A stretch of DNA of 64,000 nucleotides from Edaphobacter sp. (GTDB lineage: Bacteria; Acidobacteriota; Terriglobia; Terriglobales; Acidobacteriaceae): assembly GCA_965277545.1 (NCBI GenBank), contig OZ255826.1, positions 1,628,817-1,692,816 on the forward strand, in the 5' to 3' direction. Position numbers and translations under genes: made by a program. This document shows, one piece after another, positions 8,924 to 17,778 of this stretch; the first letter of the stretch is position 1; the number at the start of each line of letters is the position of its first letter. The notes beneath the pieces are model-generated. The model searched no databases. It saw only the letters and a program-made list of their open reading frames with translations, and had not been told where the DNA came from.

Positions 8924-10909
8924 CTACTTGACCTGCCGCTTCTGCCGCATGGACTCGTTCAGCTTGCGCATCTCCTCATTCGTCATCTTCCGCACCTTCT
9001 CGAGGTCAAGCTGTTGCACCTCCTGCATCTGCTTGCGAAACTCCGGACTATCGATCTGCGCTATCGCCTTTTGACCTTCCATCTGAATCTTCGGCAATTC
9101 GATCTTCATCTCCTCGGTTGTCTTCCGGACCTCGTCCAGCTGCTCTTTGAATCCGGCGCTATTCACAAATTCCCGGACCTTCTGCGTCTCTGCCTGAGCA
9201 TCCGCGATCTCCTCCTGGAACTCCGGGCTGTTCACCACCTGCTGGGCCTTCGCCGCCTGCGCCCGCGCATCTTCCATCGATTTTTTGTACTGCGCGTTAT
9301 TCACCATCTCCGACGTCTTCACCGCCTGCGCACGCACATCCTCGATCTGCTTCTTGAACTCCGGGCTGTGAATCTTCGCTGTCGCCTCTGCTATTTCGCG
9401 TCTTGCCCGAGCCATCGCCTCATCGACGCGGCGCTTCTCCTCGGAGGTGAGCGGCCGCCGCACGCCGTCCACGATCGCGAAGGGCTCTCCGTGCTGCGGC
9501 TCTCGTTGCTCCACAGCGGGTTGCTTTGGTGCATCGGAAGCCGGCTGGGTTGCCGTTGCGGCGGCAGCGGCCGGCCCGACCTGAGCGGATGTGGTCTCCG
9601 CGATGCCGGGCGCCGCGGAGGCGGCCAGAGCGGCGGACGCAGCAGTCGAGGCAGCCGACTGTTTCGCGGCGGCACGGGCAGATGCTGCGGCTGCGCGTGC
9701 GGCGATCGGGGGGGCGGCAGAATTTGCGGCAAGCGCAGGCGGAGATGTTTCGAGGCGGAGTGCCGCCGAGCTTGCTGCAGCCTGGGTCTGCGCGCCACTC
9801 GAGGCCAGCACCGGCGTCAAATGAAACATCACCGCGACTCCAGCTGCCGCAGCCATCGCCGCCGTACCGCCTGCCGCGCGCACCATCCTTGTCCGCATTG
9901 TTCCCCTCTTCTCAATCTTCACCAGTCGCATCACTCTCTCCTCCATCGCGTGATTGTTAAACCTACCGCTGAACAGCCCGGCATTCGCCGCCTGCCCTTT
10001 AAACGCACGCCGGTCGAACTCCGTTCCCTCGAGCATCTTCCGGGCAAGCGACAGCAGAGATCGCGCATAGACGAGATCAGATTGCATCTCGCCCGCGGCC
10101 ATCCGATCGCAAGCCATCTCCCGAGCCCGTCGCACCCTGCTCTGCACCCACACCGTAGCCGGATGCCAGGCCACGGGCAGCGCCGCAACCTGACAGATCG
10201 CGTTCTCCAGGGTGTCCCGCCGCTTCACATGGGCGAACTCATGCAGCAGAGCGGCTCTGATCTCCTCTGCGCTCCATGTATCAAACCGCTCCGGCAGCAG
10301 CAACACCGGCAGCATCACGCCGACGATCATCGGACTCGAGATCTCGACGCTCCCGCGCACCTCCGGCAGACGAACGCGCAATCTCCTGCCATAGTCCTCG
10401 AGCACCACGCGATGCTCGCCGGCCAGCGTGATCTCGCTTGCGCTCTCCACCATTCGTTGCGCCGCACGCCACGCCCCCACCACACGCGAAAGTGCGAAGA
10501 GCACAACGCCCGCGTACAGTCCCGTGATCCAATGCGCAGCCTTGGTCGAGATCGTCACGCGGTACGGCGCCAGCTTCGCGTAAAGCCGTACGGCACGGGC
10601 CTGCTCCACTCCACCGGGCAAGGACATAGACGCGGTCTCGGCCTCTGCCGCGGACGGGGGCGCTAACATCCCTGCTGCCTGTGCTCGAACTTCAAGCGTG
10701 GGCCGCGGCCGCGCCGGTGCTGCTCTCTGTGGAGCGCCCATGCCATGCAGGGGAAGCAACACAGCGAGCGACAGCACCGCAAGCCACACCCTGTACTCGG
10801 TCTGCGGTCCCGGCCTGCCCGCAGCCAGGAGCAACCAGGCGCCTGCGGCCAGCAAGGGAATCTGCCACAGCGCGTTCGCGAGATATTCGATCAGTGCGTG
10901 CTCCATCAT
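8924..10909 (-). CDS. BlaR1/MecR1-like M56 family signal-transducing metallopeptidase with repeat-containing C-terminal domain
   Basis: TM helices plus the HEFAHVKRRD zinc motif. Start taken at ATGATG 10909, a 4-bp ATGA overlap with the blaI-like stop; the longer track ORF (to 11263) is read-through over blaI. The C-terminus has about 5 repeats containing SPEF(K/Q/R). Confidence 0.85.
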   Translation of the reverse strand: MMEHALIEYLANALWQIPLLAAGAWLLLAAGRPGPQTEYRVWLAVLSLAVLLPLHGMGAPQRAAPARPRPTLEVRAQAAGMLAPPSAAEAETASMSLPGGVEQARAVRLYAKLAPYRVTISTKAAHWITGLYAGVVLFALSRVVGAWRAAQRMVESASEITLAGEHRVVLEDYGRRLRVRLPEVRGSVEISSPMIVGVMLPVLLLPERFDTWSAEEIRAALLHEFAHVKRRDTLENAICQVAALPVAWHPATVWVQSRVRRAREMACDRMAAGEMQSDLVYARSLLSLARKMLEGTEFDRRAFKGQAANAGLFSGRFNNHAMEERVMRLVKIEKRGTMRTRMVRAAGGTAAMAAAAGVAVMFHLTPVLASSGAQTQAAASSAALRLETSPPALAANSAAPPIAARAAAASARAAAKQSAASTAASAALAASAAPGIAETTSAQVGPAAAAATATQPASDAPKQPAVEQREPQHGEPFAIVDGVRRPLTSEEKRRVDEAMARARREIAEATAKIHSPEFKKQIEDVRAQAVKTSEMVNNAQYKKSMEDARAQAAKAQQVVNSPEFQEEIADAQAETQKVREFVNSAGFKEQLDEVRKTTEEMKIELPKIQMEGQKAIAQIDSPEFRKQMQEVQQLDLEKVRKMTNEEMRKLNESMRQKRQVK

Positions 10910-11334
10910 CGCCTCTCCTTTGCCTTTGCGCCCGCCGCCTTGACCGTCTCCTGCTCCGCCGCGGCCAGTCGCACCGCCACCCGCGACAGGTCCTCGGCGC
11001 TGATCTGCCGCGCATCGACCATCGCCATCACCAGCGCCTCGGGCGAGCCGCCGAACATGCGCTTCACCATATCGCTCAGAGCGCTCCCCGCAGCCCGCTC
11101 GCGGCTGACCGCCGCCCGGTAACGAAACGCCCGCCCCTCCCGCGCCCGCTTTACCTTGCCTTTGCGCAGCAGGACATTCAGCATCGTCTGCACTGTCGTG
11201 TAGGCGAGCTCCGCCTTCAGCCTGGGCTGCACCTCGCTTACGGTTAGTCCGCCGCTCGCCCACAGCACCTGCATGATCTCCAGTTCAAGCGGCGTCAGCG
11301 CCCGAGCTGTCTTCGCTAATCCGGTCACCATCAA
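10906..11334 (-). CDS. BlaI/MecI/CopY family transcriptional repressor
   Basis: LTPLELEIMQVLW..TVSEV..YTTVQTMLNVLLRKGKV.R.REGRAFRYR fits the penicillinase-repressor winged helix. ATG at 11331, with an in-frame TTG at 11334. Confidence 0.9.
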   Translation of the reverse strand: MMVTGLAKTARALTPLELEIMQVLWASGGLTVSEVQPRLKAELAYTTVQTMLNVLLRKGKVKRAREGRAFRYRAAVSRERAAGSALSDMVKRMFGGSPEALVMAMVDARQISAEDLSRVAVRLAAAEQETVKAAGAKAKERR

Positions 11335-11337
11335 CCT

Positions 11338-11396
11338 CCTAAAAACTTAGGCGATTGAACCACGCGATTACTGGCTTTGTCAACTAAGAGTTTAGG
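11338..11396 (-). promoter_or_regulatory. Candidate blaI promoter bracketed by a 13-nt dyad (possible BlaI operator)
   Basis: CCTAAAAACTTAG (11338-11350) and CTAAGAGTTTAGG (11384-11396) are inverted repeats, 11/13 matching. Between them on the minus strand lie TTGACA (11383-11378) and TTCAAT about 18 nt downstream. Confidence 0.3.
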
Positions 11397-11440
11397 ACAT
11401 CATGGCCGCTCTCCGGCCGGAAGAGGCAGCCGGGGCGGTC

Positions 11441-11536
11441 TTAGAACCTGTTGAGAAATTCCCAGGAAATCGTCATTTCGACCGAAGCCGCGCGGTCTCA
11501 TCGCGCGGCGCAGTGGAGAAATCCCCGCATTTCGCC
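11441..11536 (+). repeat. Repeat family C, copy 1 (REP-like, GC hairpin)
   Basis: AGAACCTGT..TCCC.GG..TCGTCATTTCGACCGAA-GCCGCGCG-gtctcat-CGCGCGGC-GCAGTGGAGAAATCCCCGCATTTCGCC. It recurs at 13969-14062, 22165-22265 and 22320-22386. Confidence 0.8.
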
Positions 11537-11585
11537 TTGCATGCCTTCCTCAGTCGCGTGGTTCCACAGATTTTATTTAAAGGCT

Positions 11586-12320
11586 CTAGGCAGGCAGATG
11601 AATGCGGAACATCGTGCCGCTCCGGCCCGGCCGCACGCTGCTGCGCATGCTGATCTTGCCGCGGTGGCGTTCCACGATGTTCTTCGAGAGCGCCAGGCCC
11701 AGTCCGGTACCGCGCTCGCCTTTGGTCGTGAAGAACGGCTGGAAGATGCGATCGCTGTGCTCGGCCCTGATCCCGTGTCCGTTGTCGGCGATCACGATGC
11801 GCACCGCTTCGCGACACCGCCGGACACGAAGCGAAAGCAGGCCCCCTATGGGCAGGGCATCGATCGCATTTACGATCAGGTTCGACAAGACCTGCAGCAT
11901 CTCCCCCAGATGCACGGCCGCCACCACATCGCCAGGCAGGTCTTTCATCAGCTGAACCTTCTTGATCTCAATCTCGCGGCGGTGAATGCGCAGTGCAGCC
12001 TCGGCCAGCTTGACCAGCGCGACAGAGCGCGGGGAGCTGGAGACCCGGGCAAATCCGAGCGTCTGGCCGGCGATCTGATGGACCGTCGCGAGCTGCTCCT
12101 GGGCCAAATCCATGTACTCCCGCACCTTCTTGCCGTTTTCGGCGTCTTCCCGAGCAAGGTACGCGAGATGTCCCACCGCTTCGAGCGGGTTCCTGATCTC
12201 ATGCATGATCTCGAGCGCAAGCCGCCCAGTTGTCGCTTGCTCTTCAGCGATTCGCAGAGCCTCGATGGCGTCCGCCAAGCGAGATTCCAGCTCTGGTATC
12301 GTGGCCCGATGCATACTCAA
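11586..12320 (-). CDS. soluble sensor histidine kinase (HisKA + HATPase_c only)
   Basis: H-box EIMHEIRNPLEAV, N-box LSNLIVNAIDA, G1 DNGHGI, F/G2 FQPFFTTKGERGTGLGLAL. No TM segment or recognisable input domain. Confidence 0.85.
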   Translation of the reverse strand: MSMHRATIPELESRLADAIEALRIAEEQATTGRLALEIMHEIRNPLEAVGHLAYLAREDAENGKKVREYMDLAQEQLATVHQIAGQTLGFARVSSSPRSVALVKLAEAALRIHRREIEIKKVQLMKDLPGDVVAAVHLGEMLQVLSNLIVNAIDALPIGGLLSLRVRRCREAVRIVIADNGHGIRAEHSDRIFQPFFTTKGERGTGLGLALSKNIVERHRGKISMRSSVRPGRSGTMFRIHLPA

Positions 12321-12541
12321 CCCCTCCTTAGGATGCTCAAGAGAACGCCTTACGACGCACCAGATGGAGGGGGCTTACGCGAACAAGGTCACCACCGTCT
12401 TGTTAAGAGGATGCAGCCTGGTGGCGCTTTGTTGCCCAACGCTTTGGATACACGTGGATACGCGACGAGTCTCTTCTCGCGGGTAGAGTCCGATAACGGT
12501 CGAAGAGAATGCGCGTGCGCGCTTGATCCCGGCGATTCGCT

Positions 12542-12988
12542 CTACAGTGCAGCCTGTTCGGGAACTTCACTGCGAACAAGCGTTCGCACGGCCGCAATCA
12601 GATCCATGGGATGAACAATGGTCTCAAGAACAGCCGCTGTCCTGTCTTCAGGGAACCGGGAGTATTCATCTGTCATCACCAGAATCCTCATCTGTTGCCG
12701 GAGTGCATCTGCCATCGTGATCGCGTCGCAGCGCTCTTGGTCGGAGAGTGTCTGGCAAAGAACAAAGGCATCCATCGGGTGGATGGCGATCATCTCAGCT
12801 GCTCTCGCCAGATCCTTTGCGACACTTACTTGAAATCCGGCCTTTTCCAGAATTAGACCCCGCGTGTCCAATAACGTTCCGTTGTGCCCGAACAGCAGAA
12901 CCCGAGCATGAGCGTACAATTGAGGTCCTCCGCATGCGGATAACCAATCCGCGAAGGAACAGCATAATCGTTGGTATCTTGTCTGCAC
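12542..12988 (-). CDS. receiver-like (pseudo-receiver) domain protein
   Basis: RVLLFGHNGTLLDTRGLILEKAGFQV..DAFVLCQTLS..ILVMTDE.. has a CheY-like beta-alpha pattern. The acidic pocket is GH and the phospho-Asp position is Cys. The start is uncertain. Confidence 0.5.
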   Translation of the reverse strand: MQTRYQRLCCSFADWLSACGGPQLYAHARVLLFGHNGTLLDTRGLILEKAGFQVSVAKDLARAAEMIAIHPMDAFVLCQTLSDQERCDAITMADALRQQMRILVMTDEYSRFPEDRTAAVLETIVHPMDLIAAVRTLVRSEVPEQAAL

Positions 12989-13217
12989 TGTCTTGTACTG
13001 GACACAGTGCTAATAAACGCGCCGTCCCTAACCCAAAGTGAAGGGGACCGCGCATCCTACTCGTAGATGTAATGTCTTGTAGCTGACAGAAATATTTTAT
13101 TTTCTTGCGTATGCTGACTTGTGTCGCTGGAAAATCAACCCTGATCAGAGACGTGATTAGCCGCAGCCCCCGACCGGGAGCTGTCGTCCTTTGCGAACTG
13201 AAGTTCAAGGACCGATC

Positions 13218-13970
13218 ATGTCTGCTCAAGTATCCAACCTCTTTCTCGCTGCCCTGTCTCCGAAGGCTCGTCAATCTCTCTTAACCGCTGCCACGGAAGT
13301 GGCTCTGCCGGTGAGATCCATGCTGTATGAGGCCGAGCAGACCCCGCGGTACGCCTACTTCATCACCTCCGGCATCGCCTCCGTCGTCACCGCCATGCCC
13401 GACGGCGCGACGGCCGAGGTGGGGCTCATCGGCAGAGAGGGCCTGGTCGGCAGCCTCCATCTTCTCGGGCCCGCGCCCGTCTCGACCAGCTGCTTCATTC
13501 AGCTCGAAGCAACTGGTCTCAGGATTCCGTTCTCGCATCTGCAAAAGGCCTTTCGCTCGTCCGACGAGATCCGCGATCGCGTGCTGGAGTTCGTCCAGAG
13601 CCAGACCTCCAGCCTCGCCCAACTCGCCGGCTGCCATCGCCTGCATGAGGCAGAGGAGCGGCTCGCGCGCTGGCTGCTCATGGCCCAGGACCGCACCCAG
13701 TCCGACGTGCTGCACTTTACCCAGGAGTTTCTGGCCATGATGCTCGGAGCGCGCCGCACCACCGTGACTCTGGTGGCAGGTTCGTTGCAGCGCAGCGGTC
13801 TCATCGAATACAGCCGCGGCCGCGTCAAGATCCTGGACCGCGCCAGCCTCGAGTCGGCCGCCTGCGACTGCTACTTCGTCACCCGGCACTTGTTGCAGGC
13901 GCTTTATCAGCAGGACCTGCCGTCTCCCCAAGCCATTATCGGCGCCAATGCCGCAAAAAACGGCGCGTAG
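13218..13970 (+). CDS. Crp/Fnr family transcriptional regulator
   Basis: cNMP-binding-like N-domain (..YFITSGIASVV..GATAEVGLIGREG..) and C-terminal HTH (..FTQEFLAMMLGARRTTVTLVAGSLQRSGLI). Start taken at ATG 13218. Confidence 0.85.
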   Translation: MSAQVSNLFLAALSPKARQSLLTAATEVALPVRSMLYEAEQTPRYAYFITSGIASVVTAMPDGATAEVGLIGREGLVGSLHLLGPAPVSTSCFIQLEATGLRIPFSHLQKAFRSSDEIRDRVLEFVQSQTSSLAQLAGCHRLHEAEERLARWLLMAQDRTQSDVLHFTQEFLAMMLGARRTTVTLVAGSLQRSGLIEYSRGRVKILDRASLESAACDCYFVTRHLLQALYQQDLPSPQAIIGANAAKNGA

Positions 13971-14062
13971 AACCTGTATAAAAACTCCCGGGCAGTCGTC
14001 ATTTCGACCGAAGCCGCGCAGTCGTATCGCGCGGCGCAGTGGAGAAATCCCCGCATTTTGCT
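13969..14062 (+). repeat. Repeat family C, copy 2
   Basis: AGAACCTGTATAAAAACTCCCGGGCAGTCGTCATTTCGACCGAAGCCGCGCAGTCGTATCGCGCGGCGCAGTGGAGAAATCCCCGCATTTTGC, overlapping the crp-like stop codon. Confidence 0.8.
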
Positions 14063-14208
14063 TTTGCATTTGCACTTAACTCGACCGCCAATTTCAATCG
14101 GCGCAGTTTCTTTAACACGCCGTCCAACGCGGCGTGGACGCTTTGTAGACTCGATCCAAGGTATGCTTTCTACTCCGCGACTCATCGCACGAACGGAGGA
14201 ATCTGTCG

Positions 14209-15993
14209 GTGCTCACATCTTCGCGAGGCGCAAGGATTCTAGCGTCCCTGCTCACGGCCGGTGTCTTGTGTCCTTCGCTCCTCGCAGCGGCGCAGTCGAG
14301 CCCCGGTGAGCAGCCCGCACGGGCCACGCATGCCATGGTGGTGACGATTCACCATGACGCCACCGATGCCGGCGTCGCGATTCTCAAGCAGGGCGGCAAT
14401 GCGGTCGATGCAGCAGTGGCCGTAGGCTTCGCGCTTGCCGTCGTGTATCCCGCGGCGGGAAATATCGGCGGCGGCGGCTTCATGCTGATTCGCGACAAGC
14501 ATGGGCGAACCCACTTCCTCGACTATCGCGAGAAGGCGCCGGCGGCCGCAACCCGCGACATGTATCTCGATGCGAACGGCGGCGTCGTGCCGGGGCTGTC
14601 GCTGGTCGGGTACAAGGCGAGCGGCGTCCCCGGCACGGTGGCGGGGCTGGCCTATGCGCAAAAGCACTTCGGCAAATTGACGCTCGCTGAGGATATGGCC
14701 CCGGCGATCCGGCTGGCCTCGGACGGCTATGTGCTCTCGGCGGCAGAGGCGCACGCGCTGCAAAGCCGCAACCTCACGCAGTTCCCCGCCTCCGCGCGCA
14801 TCTTTCAGCGCGACGGAAATTTTTACCAGGCCGGCGACACGTTCCAGCAGCCGGAGCTCGCCGCGACGTTGCAGCGCATTGCGGCCAACCCGGAGGACTT
14901 CTACAAGGGAGCCATGGCGCGGCAGATTGCGGCCTTTGAAAAGGCCGGCGGCGGCTTGATCACAACCGAAGATCTTGCCGCGTACGAGGTGAAGGACCGC
15001 AAGCCGATCTTCGGCAACTACCACGGTTACAAACTCATTACCGCTCCTCCGCCGTCTTCAGGCGGCATCGTCCTGGTGGAGATTCTCAACATCCTTTCCA
15101 CCTACGATCTGCCGAAGCTCGGCCCGGACCGTTCGGCCCCGCAGGTTCATATCATCACCGAAGCCTTTCGCCGCGCCTACATGGACCGCGCGGACTATCT
15201 CGGCGATCCGGACTTCAACACCCTGCCGCTGAAGCAGATGGCAAACCGGAAGTATGCCGCCGCGTGGCGCAGCTCGATCGATCGGGCGAAACCCACGCCG
15301 TCCAAGGACCTGGTGCGGCCGTCGGGTTTTCTGCCACCGCCGCCCCAAGCTGCGACGGCACAGGAGCCGACGCAGACCACGCACTTTTCCATCGTCGATC
15401 AGGACGGCAACGCAGTCTCGAATACCTACACGCTCAATGGCGGCTTCGGTTCCGGCGTGACCGTCGCGGACCTCGGCTTCCTCATGAACAACGAGATGGA
15501 CGACTTCACCTCCAAGGCCGGCGTGCCGAACACCTACGGCCTCGTCCAGAGCTCGGCCAACTCCATTGCGCCGGGCAAGCGGCCGCTTTCCGCGATGACG
15601 CCCACGATCGTGACGACGCGAGGCCACTGGTTCCGGCACGGCAGACTGGCGTACGTGCTGGGTAGCCCCGGCGGCTCGACGATCATCACCACGGTCGCAA
15701 ACGATCTGCTCAGCGTGGTCGATAACGAGCTGAACATTCAGCAGGCGGCCGATGCTCCGCGCTTTCACCATCAATATCTGCCGGACCGTCTGGACATCGA
15801 GAAGAAGTTCTCCGCAGATACCGCGGCGCAGCTTGCCGCGATGGGATACACGGTGAATCGGCTGGCCGTTGCGGATGAGCACAACCCCGGAATCTGGGGC
15901 GACAGCGAGTTGATCGCGATTGATCCGAAGACGCATGACCTGCTGGGCGGCCACGATCAGCGGCGCGACTACGGAAAAGCTGCCGGATACTGA
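14209..15993 (+). CDS. ggt: gamma-glutamyltransferase
   Basis: Signal peptide. ..QTTHFSIVDQDGNAVSNTYTLNGGFGS.. contains the autoprocessing/catalytic Thr motif. Small-subunit motifs ..GSPGGSTII.. are also present. Confidence 0.95.
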   Translation: MLTSSRGARILASLLTAGVLCPSLLAAAQSSPGEQPARATHAMVVTIHHDATDAGVAILKQGGNAVDAAVAVGFALAVVYPAAGNIGGGGFMLIRDKHGRTHFLDYREKAPAAATRDMYLDANGGVVPGLSLVGYKASGVPGTVAGLAYAQKHFGKLTLAEDMAPAIRLASDGYVLSAAEAHALQSRNLTQFPASARIFQRDGNFYQAGDTFQQPELAATLQRIAANPEDFYKGAMARQIAAFEKAGGGLITTEDLAAYEVKDRKPIFGNYHGYKLITAPPPSSGGIVLVEILNILSTYDLPKLGPDRSAPQVHIITEAFRRAYMDRADYLGDPDFNTLPLKQMANRKYAAAWRSSIDRAKPTPSKDLVRPSGFLPPPPQAATAQEPTQTTHFSIVDQDGNAVSNTYTLNGGFGSGVTVADLGFLMNNEMDDFTSKAGVPNTYGLVQSSANSIAPGKRPLSAMTPTIVTTRGHWFRHGRLAYVLGSPGGSTIITTVANDLLSVVDNELNIQQAADAPRFHHQYLPDRLDIEKKFSADTAAQLAAMGYTVNRLAVADEHNPGIWGDSELIAIDPKTHDLLGGHDQRRDYGKAAGY

Positions 15994-16002
15994 AAAAGCT
16001 AT

Positions 16003-16198
16003 GTCCTGCCGGACGGGCGTCCTGCGCGGACGGCGGCCACTTCGTGACGCGTATACCCCTTCGGGTGGCCCTTCCGATGGTCGGGAGGAAAAATCTTCGT
16101 GCCGAGCATCGCGAGGCCCTATGCAGATGATCCTGCCCAGACCGGTATACACGTCACGAAGTGACCGCCCGCCGCGCAGGCGGCCCGTCCGGCAGGAC
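16003..16198. repeat. Repeat family A, full copy
   Basis: GTCCTGCCGGACGGGC..GCCACTTCGTGACGCGTATACC ... GGTATACACGTCACGAAGTGACCGCC..CCCGTCCGGCAGGAC. 196 bp, starting 10 nt after the ggt stop. Confidence 0.85.
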
Positions 16199-16309
16199 AC
16201 GCGCTTCGCAAGACAAGCGAAGGGCGCTCTGCTAGTGTCAATCCTGAGAGCTTTTTTCTTCGCGCCGGGAAGATGCGCTTCCGCGCCAGAGAGAACTCTT
16301 TGGAGTTGG

Positions 16310-16645
16310 ATGCCGGGACAGTCACAACTTTTTCCAGATCCGGAGCCGGCGGTGCGCGTGAGTCCGGCCGCCGGCCCCGAGCCTGCCAGAAGAACAGCGC
16401 CGGTGTGGCTGCAGCGGCTCTCGCTCTTTGTGCTGGTTCTGTTCTGCGTCTACTTAGGCGTGCTGGTGATGATTCTGCCATGGTGGCCGCGGATCTGGGA
16501 TCGCAACGAATTTATCCTCGCCCATCCCATGCTGAAGTCGGTGCTGCACAACGGAGCGATGCGTGGGGTGATCTCGGGACTGGGGCTGCTCGACATCTGG
16601 ATCGGCATCTCCGAGGCGGTGCACTATCGGGACTTCCGCGGGTGA
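16310..16645 (+). CDS. hypothetical small membrane protein
   Basis: Start taken at ATG 16310, because the track ORF from 15920 reads through repeat A. One clear TM helix (LSLFVLVLFCVYLGVLVMILPWW). Immediately precedes the LOG-family gene. Confidence 0.45.
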   Translation: MPGQSQLFPDPEPAVRVSPAAGPEPARRTAPVWLQRLSLFVLVLFCVYLGVLVMILPWWPRIWDRNEFILAHPMLKSVLHNGAMRGVISGLGLLDIWIGISEAVHYRDFRG

Positions 16646-16661
16646 GATAGGTGAGATCGAG

Positions 16662-17639
16662 ATGACCGCGAGCAGGGACGAGGCGCCCGAAAATCCGCCG
16701 CTGGCCTATGAGAATGCCGAGTTTTTGAACTCGCCGGATGGGCGTATGCTGCGCATCCTGGCCGAGTACCAGGAGCCGATGGCGCGCTTCCGGCGCGAGC
16801 GCATTCAGGACACGGTGGTCTTCTTCGGGTCGGCCCGTTTTCGTGCGCTCGATGTCGCCAGCGCCGAGCTCGAGCGGCTCGAGAACACGGGTTCCTCGCG
16901 GCCGGCGCCCAGGCAGGAGCAGCCGGCAAGCACCGGCGAGATCGCCCGCGGCGAAGCGAGCGCCCGGAGACTGCAGCTCGCCGAAGCCGCCGTCGAGATG
17001 GCGCGATACTACGAAGATGCGCGCATCCTGGCCGGTATGGTGGCTGCGTGGTCGAAGACTCTGCCTGGGCGCAGGCATCGGTTTGTGGTCACCTCGGGCG
17101 GCGGTCCGGGCATCATGGAGGCCGCCAATCGCGGCGCGTTTGAAGCCGGCGCGAAGACCATCGGGCTCAACATCAAGCTGCCCTTCGAGCAGCATGCGAA
17201 TCCCTATCTCTCGCCCGGGTTGAGCTTCGACTTCCATTACTTCTTCATGCGCAAGTACTGGTTTGCCTATCTTGCCAAGGCACTGGTGGTCTTTCCGGGA
17301 GGCTTCGGGACCCTCGATGAGATGTTCGAGCTGCTGACCTTGGCCCAGACCGAGAAGCTCGCCAAAAAGATCACCGTGGTGATCTACGGATCGGAATATT
17401 GGAAGCAGGTGATCAACCTCGACCTGCTGGCGGAGAAGGGCGCCATCGCGGCGAAGGATATGGATCTGTTTCAGTTTGCGGACACGCCGGACGAAGCGTT
17501 CCGGCTGCTCCGGGAAGGCCTGACCGAGCATCATCTCAACTCGGAGTACGAGCGCGACCTGCGGCGGCGCGAGGACGCCGATGCGCCGCAACCGACAGCG
17601 CAGGAGATGCTGGGCCCGGATATCACGAAGACGCGCTAG
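16662..17639 (+). CDS. LOG family / TIGR00730-type nucleotide 5'-monophosphate nucleosidase
   Basis: ..FVVTSGGGPGIMEAANRGA..GLNI.LP.EQ..N.. and ..FPGGFGTLDEMFELLTL.QT.K are the LOG (PGGxGTxxE) motifs. Confidence 0.85.
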   Translation: MTASRDEAPENPPLAYENAEFLNSPDGRMLRILAEYQEPMARFRRERIQDTVVFFGSARFRALDVASAELERLENTGSSRPAPRQEQPASTGEIARGEASARRLQLAEAAVEMARYYEDARILAGMVAAWSKTLPGRRHRFVVTSGGGPGIMEAANRGAFEAGAKTIGLNIKLPFEQHANPYLSPGLSFDFHYFFMRKYWFAYLAKALVVFPGGFGTLDEMFELLTLAQTEKLAKKITVVIYGSEYWKQVINLDLLAEKGAIAAKDMDLFQFADTPDEAFRLLREGLTEHHLNSEYERDLRRREDADAPQPTAQEMLGPDITKTR

Positions 17640-17778
17640 AAAAGCCTGATACCGATCTGCACCGGGAACACCGAGCTCAAAACAGGCGAAGACAACAGCA
17701 GGCTCCCTGCGGGATGCAAGGAAAAATACAGGTCAAAGGCACGGCAGCATGGGATCGCCGTGCGGAGGGAAACCAGAC

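Noticed and set aside
15920-16309. N-terminal extensions of track ORFs that read through interspersed repeats. These include 15920-16309, 56771-57151, 54097-54270, 43762-44100, 2652-2825, 1491-1547 and the small ORFs 3360-3551, 62031-62249, 21037-21255.
   Set aside because: The extra residues are translations of repeat families A, B and E (for example ..SCRTG.LRG.RSLRD.YT.. and ..RGFFASLRMT..). Those repeats recur in non-coding contexts in both orientations. Internal start codons give proteins with proper N-termini.
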